From Trichodelitschia bisporula (lineage: Eukaryota), in NCBI GenBank assembly GCA_010356995.1, contig ML996712.1:75204-139203 (forward strand): a stretch of DNA of 64,000 nt, written 5' to 3'. Made by a program: the position numbers and the translations under genes. Shown in pieces: positions 1-10,082 of this stretch. The stretch's first letter is position 1; the number at the start of each line of letters is the position of its first letter. The notes below the pieces were generated by a model. That model saw nothing but the letters and a program-made list of their open reading frames with translations, ran no database searches and was not told where the DNA came from.

Positions 1-606
1 CTACACCAGCAAACAGGCTACGGTCAGCAATCATCGCATCTTGTCCATGTCAGGTGGGTCAACTTGCTTCCTACATTGGCAGTCAAGATTAGCGAGTCAA
101 CCTAACCTAAATTGACGGCCGTATATACATGCTAAATCAACATCAGATCCAGAACTTCATCTTGGGTATATGCTTCATACGTACGGTGAAGGTTTCATGG
201 GCCGAGTTCTCCATCGTTTTGGGAATCTTAATACTGGTTTAGAAATTGAACTAGTTTCTGTCACGAAGCTGAGAATTTGAGGGCGGGGTACGGCACGTGG
301 CTTTATTTGACTCAGCCGGAGATGCCAAGGCAGACGCTGCGGCACGTTTCGGTTCTTTTAAGCAAAGTGCAACAGAGTGACAAGGCACCCTAAATGGGAG
401 GAACCAGTAGTATTTTCCCATGTCGGCAGTAGGGAGTGAGAGAAATAGGCAAATATGCTGAGTCCTCAGCCTTGGAAATGATCTCGGTATCAAACTCATG
501 CGCCCAAAAATCCTTTCTCTCTCAAGCTATCTTCTCTTTGTCTTTTTCAACCCCCTCCGCCGGCGGCTTATAGTAACGGCTCTCGGACTCAGTAAGAACA
601 ACCAAG

Positions 607-900
607 TCAAATAGTCAATTTGCTAATAGCCGTCTGTGTGCTAACGCCCATCCCGAGATTCATTTTTAGTGCAACGGTCGGCTCGCCGCCGCCCTCCTCG
701 GGCCCCACATTCTTCTTTACACGGCCCTCGCGAATCACTTCCTGAAGCAGTCCCTTCACGCCTGGGCTTAGCCCCCCAACGACCGTCTTGAACCGCTCCG
801 CATCCGCCGTCGCCATCTCCAGCAGGCGCCCAGCCGTCTCGCGGTACGTGTCGCATCCGTCGCACGCTGCCCGACCCATCAGCGCGGGTACCACAAGGGC
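607..900 (-). pseudogene. 3' fragment of a HEAT-repeat protein gene (Laa1/HEATR5-like C-terminus)
   Basis: Translation RLLEMATADAERFKTVVGGLS...LQEVIREG...GGEPTVALKMNLG resembles, from memory, the C-terminus of fungal Laa1/HEATR5 proteins (...EPTIALKMNF). It is cut off upstream by an LTR at ~901, and no other part of the gene is evident in the window. Confidence 0.55.
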
Positions 901-1086
901 TTTTGGCGGAAGTGCTCAAAGAATTGTGTGAGAAAGATTGATTGCCCAGCTTGTTGTCCTTCTCTAGTATACAGAATGAACAGTATATATGTCCGTGATG
1001 GTTCTCCAGGATTTTCCTGATCGGCATCGGACTCGGCGTCGCCTATCTTCGCCACTTCGGTGTTCGCCGTGCCAAGCCTGCCTTTC
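901..1086. mobile_element. Partial LTR, family A
   Basis: Closely matches 7654-7902 (ttttggcggaagtgctcaaagaattgtgtgag...gccaagcctgcctttc) apart from the internal 21-bp array. Confidence 0.75.
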
Positions 1087-1096
1087 GAGCATGCCG

Positions 1097-1142
1097 TGTT
1101 GAATCTGTGGCGGCAACCTGGGGAGGCTGGAGTGGAGCCAGG
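1097..1142. mobile_element. Truncated LTR, family C, interrupted by the family-B LTR
   Basis: tgttgaatctgtggcggcaacctgggg...ggagccagg matches the start of 5321-5461 and the reverse complement of the end of 2633-2773. Confidence 0.75.
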
Positions 1143-1316
1143 TGTTAAGAGGAGGTGTGAGACTAATAAAAACATCACAGCATCACAAGTTAGACCGAAG
1201 GTCTGTCCATGAACAAGTTGCTTAGTTGTCAAAGAGGTGGGGATGCCGAGTCTACTTATACTCGAGCCCTGTGGCTGAAACTGGGTAAGGCTGAACACAG
1301 CCACCGCTTTCCAACA
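1143..1316 (-). mobile_element. 3' LTR (family B) of the Copia element
   Basis: TGTT...AACA termini. On the minus strand it is immediately preceded by a polypurine tract (TGAGGGGGAG, 1317-1326). Homologous copies lie at 6272-6396 and 18083-18283. Confidence 0.9.
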
Positions 1317-2022
1317 CTCCCCCTCAGACGAAACCCAGTGTAAAGGCGAGGGGTACGCTCACAAAGACACGAAGCTCCCATTTGTGTGGTGCTCTCATAT
1401 AGACGGATGGCCAGGCCTCATTAAAACCCTATGTAAGGGAAAGAGTGCCTGGACTTGCACAAGGAGGGGCGGCAGACAGATCGATCCTCATGGCTCCCTT
1501 CTCCCCCTCACCTGGTGCGAGCCCATTCAAGACCCAATGCCTCCCTGAACTGTTCGAAGCGATCCTTTGGCAAGGCTTTTGTAAGGCCATCAGCAACCTG
1601 CTTCTCCGTCGGGATGTAGTGGAGGTCAATCTCTCCGGATGCCTGCTTCTCCCTGACGTAGTGGTGCTGAATGCCAATGTGCTTCGTTCTCGGGTGAAGC
1701 TGCGGGTTCTTGGCCAGGGCGATTGCTCCTTGGTTGTCGCCGTAGATGACCGTGGTGGTGAGGTCCTCCCTTGCTTGGAGCTCGCGGAGGAGTGCCTGGA
1801 GCCAGATTGCTTCCTTTGTGGCCTGAGTTTGACCCAAGTACTCAGCTTCGCAGGATGAGAGCGCAGCAGTGGCTTGTCACTTCGAAGACCAGCTGATTGC
1901 TCCGCTTCCGGTGTTGAAGACGTAGCCTCCCGTTGAACGCCGAGTCCCCAAGTCCCCGGCCCAGTCGCTGTCCGTGTAGCCGACAAGGGGTTTGAGGCTT
2001 CCCTTGTACACGAGAGTCAAGT

Positions 2023-2287
2023 TGTCAGACTGAGCAATGACGGTATGCACCCAGCCACTGCGGGATGAAGATCTAGAATCTTCTATGATGAAAAATTGAG
2101 TATCTGGAGTATTTTTCCTGACAAATTGGTCAGATCAATGGAAGATACTGGAAGTCAGACGTTGTGTATATAGTCACTCATTCCCAACCTCATTCAGAGG
2201 TGGAGCTAGTCAGTCAGAGATCAATTGATACATTGGTTTTGGCTCGAGCAGCAGCCACTGCTAGTTTCCACGACAAACCCTCAGACA
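2023..2287. mobile_element. Solo LTR (265 bp) nested in Copia pol
   Basis: TGTCAG...AGACA termini with a perfect 5-bp TSD CAAGT (2018-2022, 2288-2292). It interrupts the Copia coding sequence. Confidence 0.9.
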
Positions 2288-2632
2288 CAAGTCGATGGTG
2301 CCTCTGAGGTATCGCATGATCCGCTTCATAACCTTGATGTGACCCTCGGTCGGGTTCGACGCGTAAGGGCTGCACGCGGACATGGCAAAGGCAATGTCGG
2401 GTCTGGTACCGAGCATGGCGTACATCAGCTTGCCGATGGCTTTGGCGTACCAGGTTTTCGCAACCTCCGTAGACCGAAAGGCTTCCGGGGCTGGTTCCAT
2501 CTTCTCTTGTATCGGCGTCAGGACTGGCTTTGATTCCCACATCCCAACATCCTTCAGGACCTTTTCCAGATAGCCGTGCTGGGAAACATAGATGTCACGC
2601 TTGCTCCTGTCCCGCCTAACAGACATGCCCAG

Positions 2633-2773
2633 TGTTAAAATGAAGTGTGAACATGACTGAGTTGCTTAACTGACTAGCAGTAGGAAGTGAGCTGACTATA
2701 TACATCGCCGGGAGACGACCCCTGTCTCCTGGCTCCACTCCAGGCACCCCAGGCTGCCGCCACAAATTCAACA
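2633..2773. mobile_element. Solo LTR family C (141 bp) nested in Copia RT
   Basis: TGTTAA...TCAACA termini with a perfect TSD CCCAG (2628-2632, 2774-2778). An inverted copy lies at 5321-5461. Confidence 0.92.
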
Positions 2774-3401
2774 CCCAGGTAGTATGGGCAGGGTCCAAGG
2801 TCCGACATCTCAAAGCGGCTGCTCACGGCCTCCTTCAGCTTTCCGATATCTTCGGGACTGGCACCGGCGATTAACAGGTCGTCGACGTATACGGCAATGT
2901 ATACGTTCTCCTTCACGAAATGCCCAGGTCGGAGAAGAGGGGAGTGAACCCGTGGTCTTTGAGAAACAGGGCCAAAGTGTGATACCAAATCCTCGGGGAC
3001 TGCTTGAGTCCGTAGAGGGCTTTCCGGAGCTTACAGACATGGTTCGACCCATCATGGAACTCTGGCGGCTGTTCGACGTAGATCTCATCTTCTGCGGTGA
3101 CGTAGAGGAATACCGTTTTGACATCCATCTGTTCCAGTTCCAGGTCGAGCGCAGCAGCGATGGCAAAGAGGGCCTTGTAGTTCATAGGCTTAACCACGCT
3201 AGCAAACGTCTCGTTGTAGTCGATACCTTCTTGCTGTTCAAATCCCCGGACCACCCATCGAGCCTTGTACCGCAGCACCTCCCCGTCCGGGCCACGCTTG
3301 AGCTTGTAGACCCATTTGCCGCGCAGGGCCCTGCGGCCGATTGGCGGTGGGACCAGCGTCCATGTCCGGTTGTCCATCAGTGAACGGTGCTCGCCGTCCA
3401 T

Positions 3402-3668
3402 TGTTGGACTGGAAAAGCTGAGCACAGATGAAACAAAGGTTTCTGTTGATTGACGTAGACTGAACTACCAAGTGTACCATGTGGGCAACTCGTACTATAG
3501 AGGAAATATGAAACAGGAGTGGCGTCGAGCCAAAGATACGATGAAACAAGACAACGGAGGTAAGCAATCCCGAGCGCTAACAGATACCGGCAACAAAGAT
3601 ACCGAGCGCGAAGTGATACAGGAACTTACAATATCAGAAGGCTGTAACAAATGGGAATCCGTCTAACA
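3402..3668. mobile_element. Solo LTR (267 bp) nested between Copia integrase and RT
   Basis: TGTTGG...CTAACA termini with a perfect TSD TCCAT (3397-3401, 3669-3673). Confidence 0.92.
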
Positions 3669-5320
3669 TCCATTGTCTCCTTCCATTTGGGCCAGGAGTA
3701 GTCCTGTCCGGCTTGTGCGAGGCTTTTCATCTCGAACGGTTCAAGGTTGTTCAGAGCACGCATTGCGGTGCCGAGGAAACCGCACATCAGAGAAAAACGA
3801 GCTTTCGGCTCAGCGTGGGAGAGGGATGGCAGGTTCCGAACCCGTCTAGAACGTCGAAACTCGGCTGCTTCCCTCGGACCGCAATCCAGCCGTTGAGGCA
3901 TGTGAACTCTGATAACATCGTCCTCGGCCGAGCAATCTGGGGGTACGCCGTCCGGGGGCTGATTGTGTGAGCGGGCGCTGTTTGGGCTGGCCGAATGGGA
4001 TGGAATTCCGCTTGGCAAAGGATATGCCGGCGGATCAGTGTCGGCTTCCCAGTCTCCCCCATCGTTTGCAAGTGGAACTCCACGCTGAGGCAATGGAGCT
4101 CCCCCATGCTGAGGCAACGAAGCTCCCCCATGCTGAGGCAGCGGTGCGGATGGAGGCTCTGACGCTTCTTCGGGTGACGTGGTGGGCTGTTCCAGTCCTT
4201 CGTGATGATAGCGGTTCTCCGTGAAGACGGTGTTCGGAGTGCGCATGATGGTTCCGTCTTTAGTAACCACGATGTAGTTGCGTAAGCCTTCAAATCCCAA
4301 GAGCTTACACAGGACACCTTTCGCATCGAAGATCTTGCGGGCCCGTCTACCGTTTCGATTGTCCCGGAGTCTGGCGATGCCGTCGCTCCCAAGCACACGG
4401 ACGAATGACAGGTCGGGCTTGTCGCCGAACCAAGCCTCGTAGGATGTGGTGTCGATGACGGAGCTGGGGCTCAGATTCCGAAGGATCACGACAGCACGGA
4501 GGATTTCGGGCCACCATTTTATGTGCAGACGAGAGCGGATAAGGGTCGGTCTGACCTTATCGAGGAGAATGCGGTTGTAAACTTCGGCGACACCGTTTTG
4601 CTGGTGTTGCTCAGTGCCGGACTCTTCGCACTTAATGCCTCTGTCGGCGCAAAAGGCGCGGAAACCTTCGTCCCTGCTCTCTCCTGCTCTGTCCAGCCGG
4701 ATTCGGTGGCAGCGCCGTTTGGGCTGCTCCAGTCGCTCAAGGAAGTTCGTCAGGCATCCGAAGAAGTCGAATTTCAGCTCAATGGGTTCGGCAAATGCGT
4801 ACTAGGTGTAGTCATCAATAAAAGCGACCCAATACTTCGATCTATTGTGTCCAGGCTCAGAGAAGGGTCCACCAATGTCAGTGTGGATGAACTCCAGGGG
4901 GTACTTCCCTCGCTCCATAGGCGTCTTGTGAGGTACTTCCCTCATCCGGCCAAGTGCACATGGCTCGCAGAGGCAACCTTCCTTGACTGGAAGCATGCCG
5001 TGGGACATTTGCGCGAGCTTCCGAAGGTTCTGGTCGCCCAGGTAGCCCATCCGGTCATGCCAAAGGAGCGTGTTCGGATCAGACAGTTTGTAGGTCCGGT
5101 CCGTTTGGGGCCGTGGTGTGGGCGGCTGGGCCGGGACGGTCTTTCCTTCGGCTCCGTGAAGGCCGTCCTTGCGAGAGAGCAGTCCATGCTGAACCGGCTC
5201 TTCCCACAGTCGAGGAGGAAGAGTCCGCATTCTTGTCGTGCGGTGAGCGGTTGAAACCCTAGGAACTCGGCCTTTATCCAGGTCATGGTGAGCCTGAAAC
5301 CGCGGCGCAGGGTGGGTGAC

Positions 5321-5461
5321 TGTCGAATTTGTGGCGGCAACCTGGGGTGGCTGGAGTGGAGCCAGGAGACAGGGGTCGTCTCCCGGCGATGTATATAGTC
5401 AGCTCACTTCCTACTGCTAGTCAGTTAAGCAAGTCAGTCATGTTCACACTTCATTTTAACA
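5321..5461. mobile_element. LTR family C copy, inverted relative to 2633-2773; marks the truncation point of the Copia element
   Basis: Near-identical reverse complement of 2633-2773 with TG...CA termini. The flanks (GTGAC/AGAGG) do not form a TSD. Confidence 0.88.
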
Positions 5462-5659
5462 AGAGGATAGAGTCAGAACTGTTGCAGGACCAAAATTGGA
5501 GGTTGAAGATGATGGTTGTGTGCCTTGAACAGATGATCAACGTCGCCTTATATGTTGAGGCAGTGGAGCATCAAACAACGACAGGTCTCCCGCATACTGC
5601 TGGCTGCAAGTCTTGAGCAGATGATCGTTGCTCGCCCCGGGCTTTCCGAGGAAGTAGAG

Positions 5660-6011
5660 TACCTGAGGTCTCTGACAGCAGATGCCTGCTCTTCTCGGTT
5701 GTTCCCGAGCAATTGGAGCACCTGACGGTCGCAGCTCTTGGACAGCTGGACAGCTGCACGCCTCGAGCTGACCGGAGGTCTCACACAGCAGATGTCTGCT
5801 CTTGTCGGCCTTTCCCGAGAAAGTGGAGCACCCTCACAATTGCAGCTCTTGGACAGCTGAGCGCTGCACGCCTCAAGCTCACCGGAAGTCTCACACAGAA
5901 GTTGTCTGCTCTTCTCGGCCTTTCCCAAGGAAGTCAAGCACCTCACGATTGCAGCCCTTGGACAGCTGGATAGCTGCACGCCTTGAGCTGACCGGATGCC
6001 TCACGCAGCAG
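5660..6011. repeat. Tandem repeat, ~110-bp unit x ~3
   Basis: The motif gcagc(t/c)cttggacagctg recurs at 5731, 5842 and 5951 with similar flanking sequence. Confidence 0.85.
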
Positions 6012-6271
6012 TCAGCTGCAATGTTGAACGGTGGCCGGCTGTTGATGGTGCCCCCAATCACCCGGATTTTGAGAAATCCGGCGATTCCATTAAGACTGAT
6101 TCATTGGTGAATGACGGAGCTCAAGTGCGGGGTACTTTGTTTTCTTTTGCTTAGCTTTTATCCGTTCACACCCTTGGCAGACCATGCCTGAGTTGGCCAG
6201 GAGTTTGAGTTGAGATTTTTGAGTTCATGCGATTTTGTGCGCAGTGGAAGCAGCGGTTAAGCTGCTGTGCA

Positions 6272-6396
6272 TGTTATCTCAACGGTCCATGAACAAGTTG
6301 CTATATTGTCAAAGAGGTGGGGATCCCGAGTCTACTTATACTCGAGCCCTGTGGCTGAACCTGGGTGAGGCTGAACACAGCCACCGCATTCCAACA
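6272..6396 (-). mobile_element. LTR family B copy (shorter variant)
   Basis: gtccatgaacaagttgc...cacagccaccgcattccaaca matches 1205-1316, with TGTT...AACA termini. Confidence 0.85.
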
Positions 6397-6806
6397 ATTG
6401 CTCCTCAACAATCACAAGTGGGTGCCTCGTGCCGAGGAGCATCTGTGTTGCTATGGTACATAGGTAAACAATAGAATCTTTAAGAAGCAAGAGAAGTATG
6501 CAAGTAAACAGAATGCTCCACGCGTTATTGAATCATAACAACTGTTCTCGTGGTCTCGGGTACGGCTTTGCGTTCGGCTGCTGATGAAATATATACCAGT
6601 CGAAGCATGGGCGTGATGGATGCAATGGGTCATCAACAAGGCTGTATGGAGCGAACATTGAAAGCATTTTGTGGCTATCTAGCATACAAATTGAAAAGGG
6701 TACACGCCTTTCCATCACTGCCCGCTCAAACTAGTCAGCCTAAATTACCTCGCAGTGTCCTCTTCCTGCCCGCATTCCACTGCCACCCTCGCTCGATCAG
6801 GTTGGC

Positions 6807-7544
6807 CTAAGCCAGCGATGCACGGCGCTTCCTCTCACGCGCTTCAATTTCCCGGATGCGGCTGAGTACTGCCCCAGGCGCAGCCGCCGCAATGGATGCC
6901 CGCGCCTTCTTCCGACGAGTGTCAAAGCGCTGGGCTGTCTTTGCAAGCGCATCCGGCCAAGCTGCCAGGACGTCGCCGGGGTGAATCGGGGTGCGGAGGG
7001 TGTCATGGTTAGGCTGCTTGGTGTCGCATGTCTGGGGGGAGGCGTCGGGCTTTGACTGCTTGGTGCCGCGCGTACGGCCCGTGTTGGCGGCAACCCCGGG
7101 GTTGAATGATTTGGTGCCATTTGGAATCCGCTGCACATGCATGGGAGGACGACGCTTCAGCCAAGGCTGCTCCTTTATTGTACCCGACGGCGTAGGTGCA
7201 GACGGCAAGCAAAGTGACTCGACTTTCTTCGCTGACATCCCGGATGTGGTCACACCCCGAGTCCCACTGACGAAAGAAATTCCGCCAAGCTCTAGACGTG
7301 GGGCAGGCCGCTTGGAGATATACTGGACAGTGGGAGGCACAAGAGCGGCTGTAAGCAGGGCAAGTCCACTGGTTGATGCCGTCGTAGAGGCAGGAGGTGA
7401 TGTCTTCCGGGACTGGAGCCCGTACTTCTTCTTCCAGTGTTCGTTTTTGGCCTTGACCCAATCCAGCTCCCGCTTCCGTAACTTCTTCAGTTGCTCATCC
7501 AGAGCGTCGAGTTTCAGACTGATATTTTCAGTAGCATCCTCCAT
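6807..7544 (-). CDS. Hypothetical basic protein (N-terminal coiled coil), abutting an LTR; possibly truncated
   Basis: 245-aa ORF whose ATG is 4 bp from the LTR at 7549. No recognisable domain. Confidence 0.35.
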   Translation of the reverse strand: MEDATENISLKLDALDEQLKKLRKRELDWVKAKNEHWKKKYGLQSRKTSPPASTTASTSGLALLTAALVPPTVQYISKRPAPRLELGGISFVSGTRGVTTSGMSAKKVESLCLPSAPTPSGTIKEQPWLKRRPPMHVQRIPNGTKSFNPGVAANTGRTRGTKQSKPDASPQTCDTKQPNHDTLRTPIHPGDVLAAWPDALAKTAQRFDTRRKKARASIAAAAPGAVLSRIREIEARERKRRASLA

Positions 7545-7548
7545 CTTC

Positions 7549-7911
7549 TGTTGACGGAAGTGCTCAAAGAATTGTGTGAGAAAAGATTGATTGCCCAGCT
7601 TGTTGCCTTCTCTAGTTTACAGAATGAACAGTATATATCCGTGATGGTTCTCCTTTTGGCGGAAGTGCTCAAAGAATTGTGTGAGAAAAGATTGATTGCC
7701 TAGCTTGTTGCCTTCTCTAGTTTACAGAATGAACAGTATATATCCGTGATGGGTCTCCAGGATGTTCCTGAACTTCATCGGACTTCCGGCGTCGTCCATC
7801 GGACTTCCGGCGTCGTCCATCGGACTTCCGGCGTCGTCCATCGGACTTCCGGCGTCGTCCATCTTCGCCACTTCGGTGTTCGCCGTGCCAAGCCTGCCTT
7901 TCTGGGTAACA
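7549..7911. mobile_element. LTR family A with an internal ~105-bp duplication and a 4 x 21-bp tandem repeat
   Basis: TGTTGA...GTAACA termini. 7549-7653 is repeated from 7654, and (catcggacttccggcgtcgtc)x4 lies at 7776-7859. A homolog lies at 901-1086. Confidence 0.8.
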
Positions 7912-9316
7912 CGACATCGGGTATGCCGACATCTTCTTCCACTTGCGGTTCCCTGCGTTGGGGCCATTACTGATGACCACCTCACGCATTGGAGCAAAGT
8001 CTCTTGTTGTCATATTGCTAGAACTGTGATAATATCAGCTGTTTGTACTAGTAAAGGACTCTCGTCAGAGGGGCTTATTGAGGCTCTTACCTTGCCAGCG
8101 ACGGCCGATGAGACCGAGGTTGATACGTACTGCCAGTATGGGAAGCCATTTGCGCACAAGCTTCGGTAGGAGTGGGTTGTAAGGGACTTAGTCCAACAAA
8201 GAGCTCTATGTTACTTTTAAAGCAATCCCAAACTGGTGCCTAGTCCAGCGGCGCGACCGTGTTGTTGTTGTTGTATACGGGGTTAGACAAACAATGGAAT
8301 CGTTGAGAAGCACCTGAAGTCCCAAAGCAAACGGAATGGTCGGCGAGCCATTGGCCCTCAATATTTTTCTGGTGAGTGCGAGTGGGGCTGCGGCCCGGGT
8401 TGATCGTATACTTTATATCAAAGCGCTTTGGATGGGGCGGAGTCTGTGGGCGAGATATCTGTGGTATGCGGCATTTTCTGGCCAGGCGATGGCTAACAAA
8501 ATGCCTGTGATGGAGTTGTGTGAATGCCCAAAAAGGCCAGAGGTCAGCTTTGTCTGGCCATAATAATGCGGTCTTGGGGCTTAAATACGGGCTCGGTGCC
8601 TGTCACAGAAAGCAAGAATTATCCTCTCTCAAAGGACAAATCCGTCATAAAAGGCAGCCAAGCACCAACCCATCATGGTCTTGTATTCAATATTATGGAC
8701 CCTGCTGGCCTCTTCGGTGGGAGTGGAAGTCATTGTGGTGGTGATCAAAGTTATGGTTGACGGTAATATTCGGAGGCATCAAGAGAAGTCTCAGGTGCCA
8801 GGAAGTGGCTGTTCGATGGATATGGCATTCAGTGAGAATGTGAGACACCGAGGCGGTAAAAAACCCGGATTGTCGGCATCTCGGAGCAATTGCCATAGCT
8901 CAACGGCTTCTCTGGCGGCGGTTAGCCCGTCCTTTGCACCCTAATTGTCTAGTTCTGGTTACCCGGCATTCAGGCTTTTGATGTTGAGAAGCACTGCCCT
9001 CTGATTGGCCCGACGAAAAGTGGGAGCCCAACGAAGGCCGCAGCAGGAGAAGGGAGAGCTCGCGTGGCTCAAAGTTCTTATGCAGATGGCGTGTTGAAAT
9101 ATTTGAACAGCCGATGATATGCGGAATTGGGTGGGAAATAGTCCAGAAATGAACGGGTTGGTCAAAGGGAGGGTTGTGTTCTTGATGAGGGGTGAAGCGG
9201 TGAAGTGAATGGTGAATGTCATGGGAGTAGCCCAAAGCCCCCATTCCTTCTTTCAAGCAACGGCCAGGTTGGAGCCTCAGGCTCCAACCAGGCTGTCAGC
9301 CAATGCCGGGAGCCCA

Positions 9317-9342
9317 GTGCCGGGTAAACGTTTACCCGGCAC
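9317..9342. repeat. Perfect 26-bp palindrome
   Basis: gtgccgggtaaac|gtttacccggcac is its own reverse complement. Confidence 0.95.
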
Positions 9343-10082
9343 CGGCGCCCCAACAAACCTAAGGGGCTCGGCCTCCCCAGTTTCTTCCCTCTTTATAGCA
9401 ATCAACTTGGTTATGTCTCGCCCCATTGCCGTGAGTTCTTCATACCGTGCGGTCCCCTGACAGTAAACTCTAGTGTATATATTCTGACTCATGCTCAGTA
9501 TATATACAGTGTGTGGATCACGTGGAGCACGTGCTCGCCTAATACGCCTGTAAGCTAACGCACGTGCGCACTCTCTATCTAGCCCCAACACCATCTCTCA
9601 ACAGTTCTAAGCTTGTGGGTGCGGAGCAAAGACGCTCCTAGGCCCCAAGACGGTGACCATTTCGACATGCCCAATTTCGATGGGCTTGTCATCCTATTTT
9701 TGCAAGCCAAATGGCCACGTTCATTTAAGCGTAAAAGCTGGTCTACATCCGTTGTCCACTTCTCGCAGCATAAGGTCCCACAACATCCAATGAACTCCCC
9801 ATGGGTAGGTGCGTAAGGCTGCCAAGAGCTAAGAATGCCAGCCAGGCTACTTCAAATCATGACTTCAAGCACATCAAGCATTTCAAAACTGAGGTCAAAT
9901 TATCAGGATGAAGGCTACGTGGTGTCCTAATCGTACAAGAACCTGTCATCTCAACATTTCGAAATCATCAAATTTCAAAGTTCCAAAAAGTCCGGGTCCC
10001 CTCGCCGGTCCAAGCTGCCTGTAGAGAGCGCAGCCGAGTCCGTGGGTTGAACACCCCTTCAAGGCCGAAAACTCTTCATTAC

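Larger units (their letters stand above)
1143..5320 (-). mobile_element. Decayed Ty1/Copia LTR retrotransposon (pol: GAG-pre-integrase, integrase, RT, RNase H); gag missing
   Basis: Minus-strand order is LLWHDRMGY...CEPCALGR...IHTDIGGP (integrase), KWVYKLK...RYKARWVVRGFEQ...YVDDLLI (RT), then ALSSCEAEY...YGDNQGAIAL...RTKHI (RNase H), which is the Copia order. It has in-frame stops, frameshifts and three insertions. Confidence 0.95.

Noticed and set aside
1143..6396. Intact full-length Copia bounded by two family-B LTRs
   Set aside because: There is no matching TSD (CCAGG vs ATTGC), no recognisable PBS or gag, the LTRs differ in length, and the element is truncated at 5321.
7776..7859. 4 x 21-bp perfect repeat superficially like a CRISPR array
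   Set aside because: There are no spacers and no cas genes, it lies inside an LTR, and the genome is eukaryotic.
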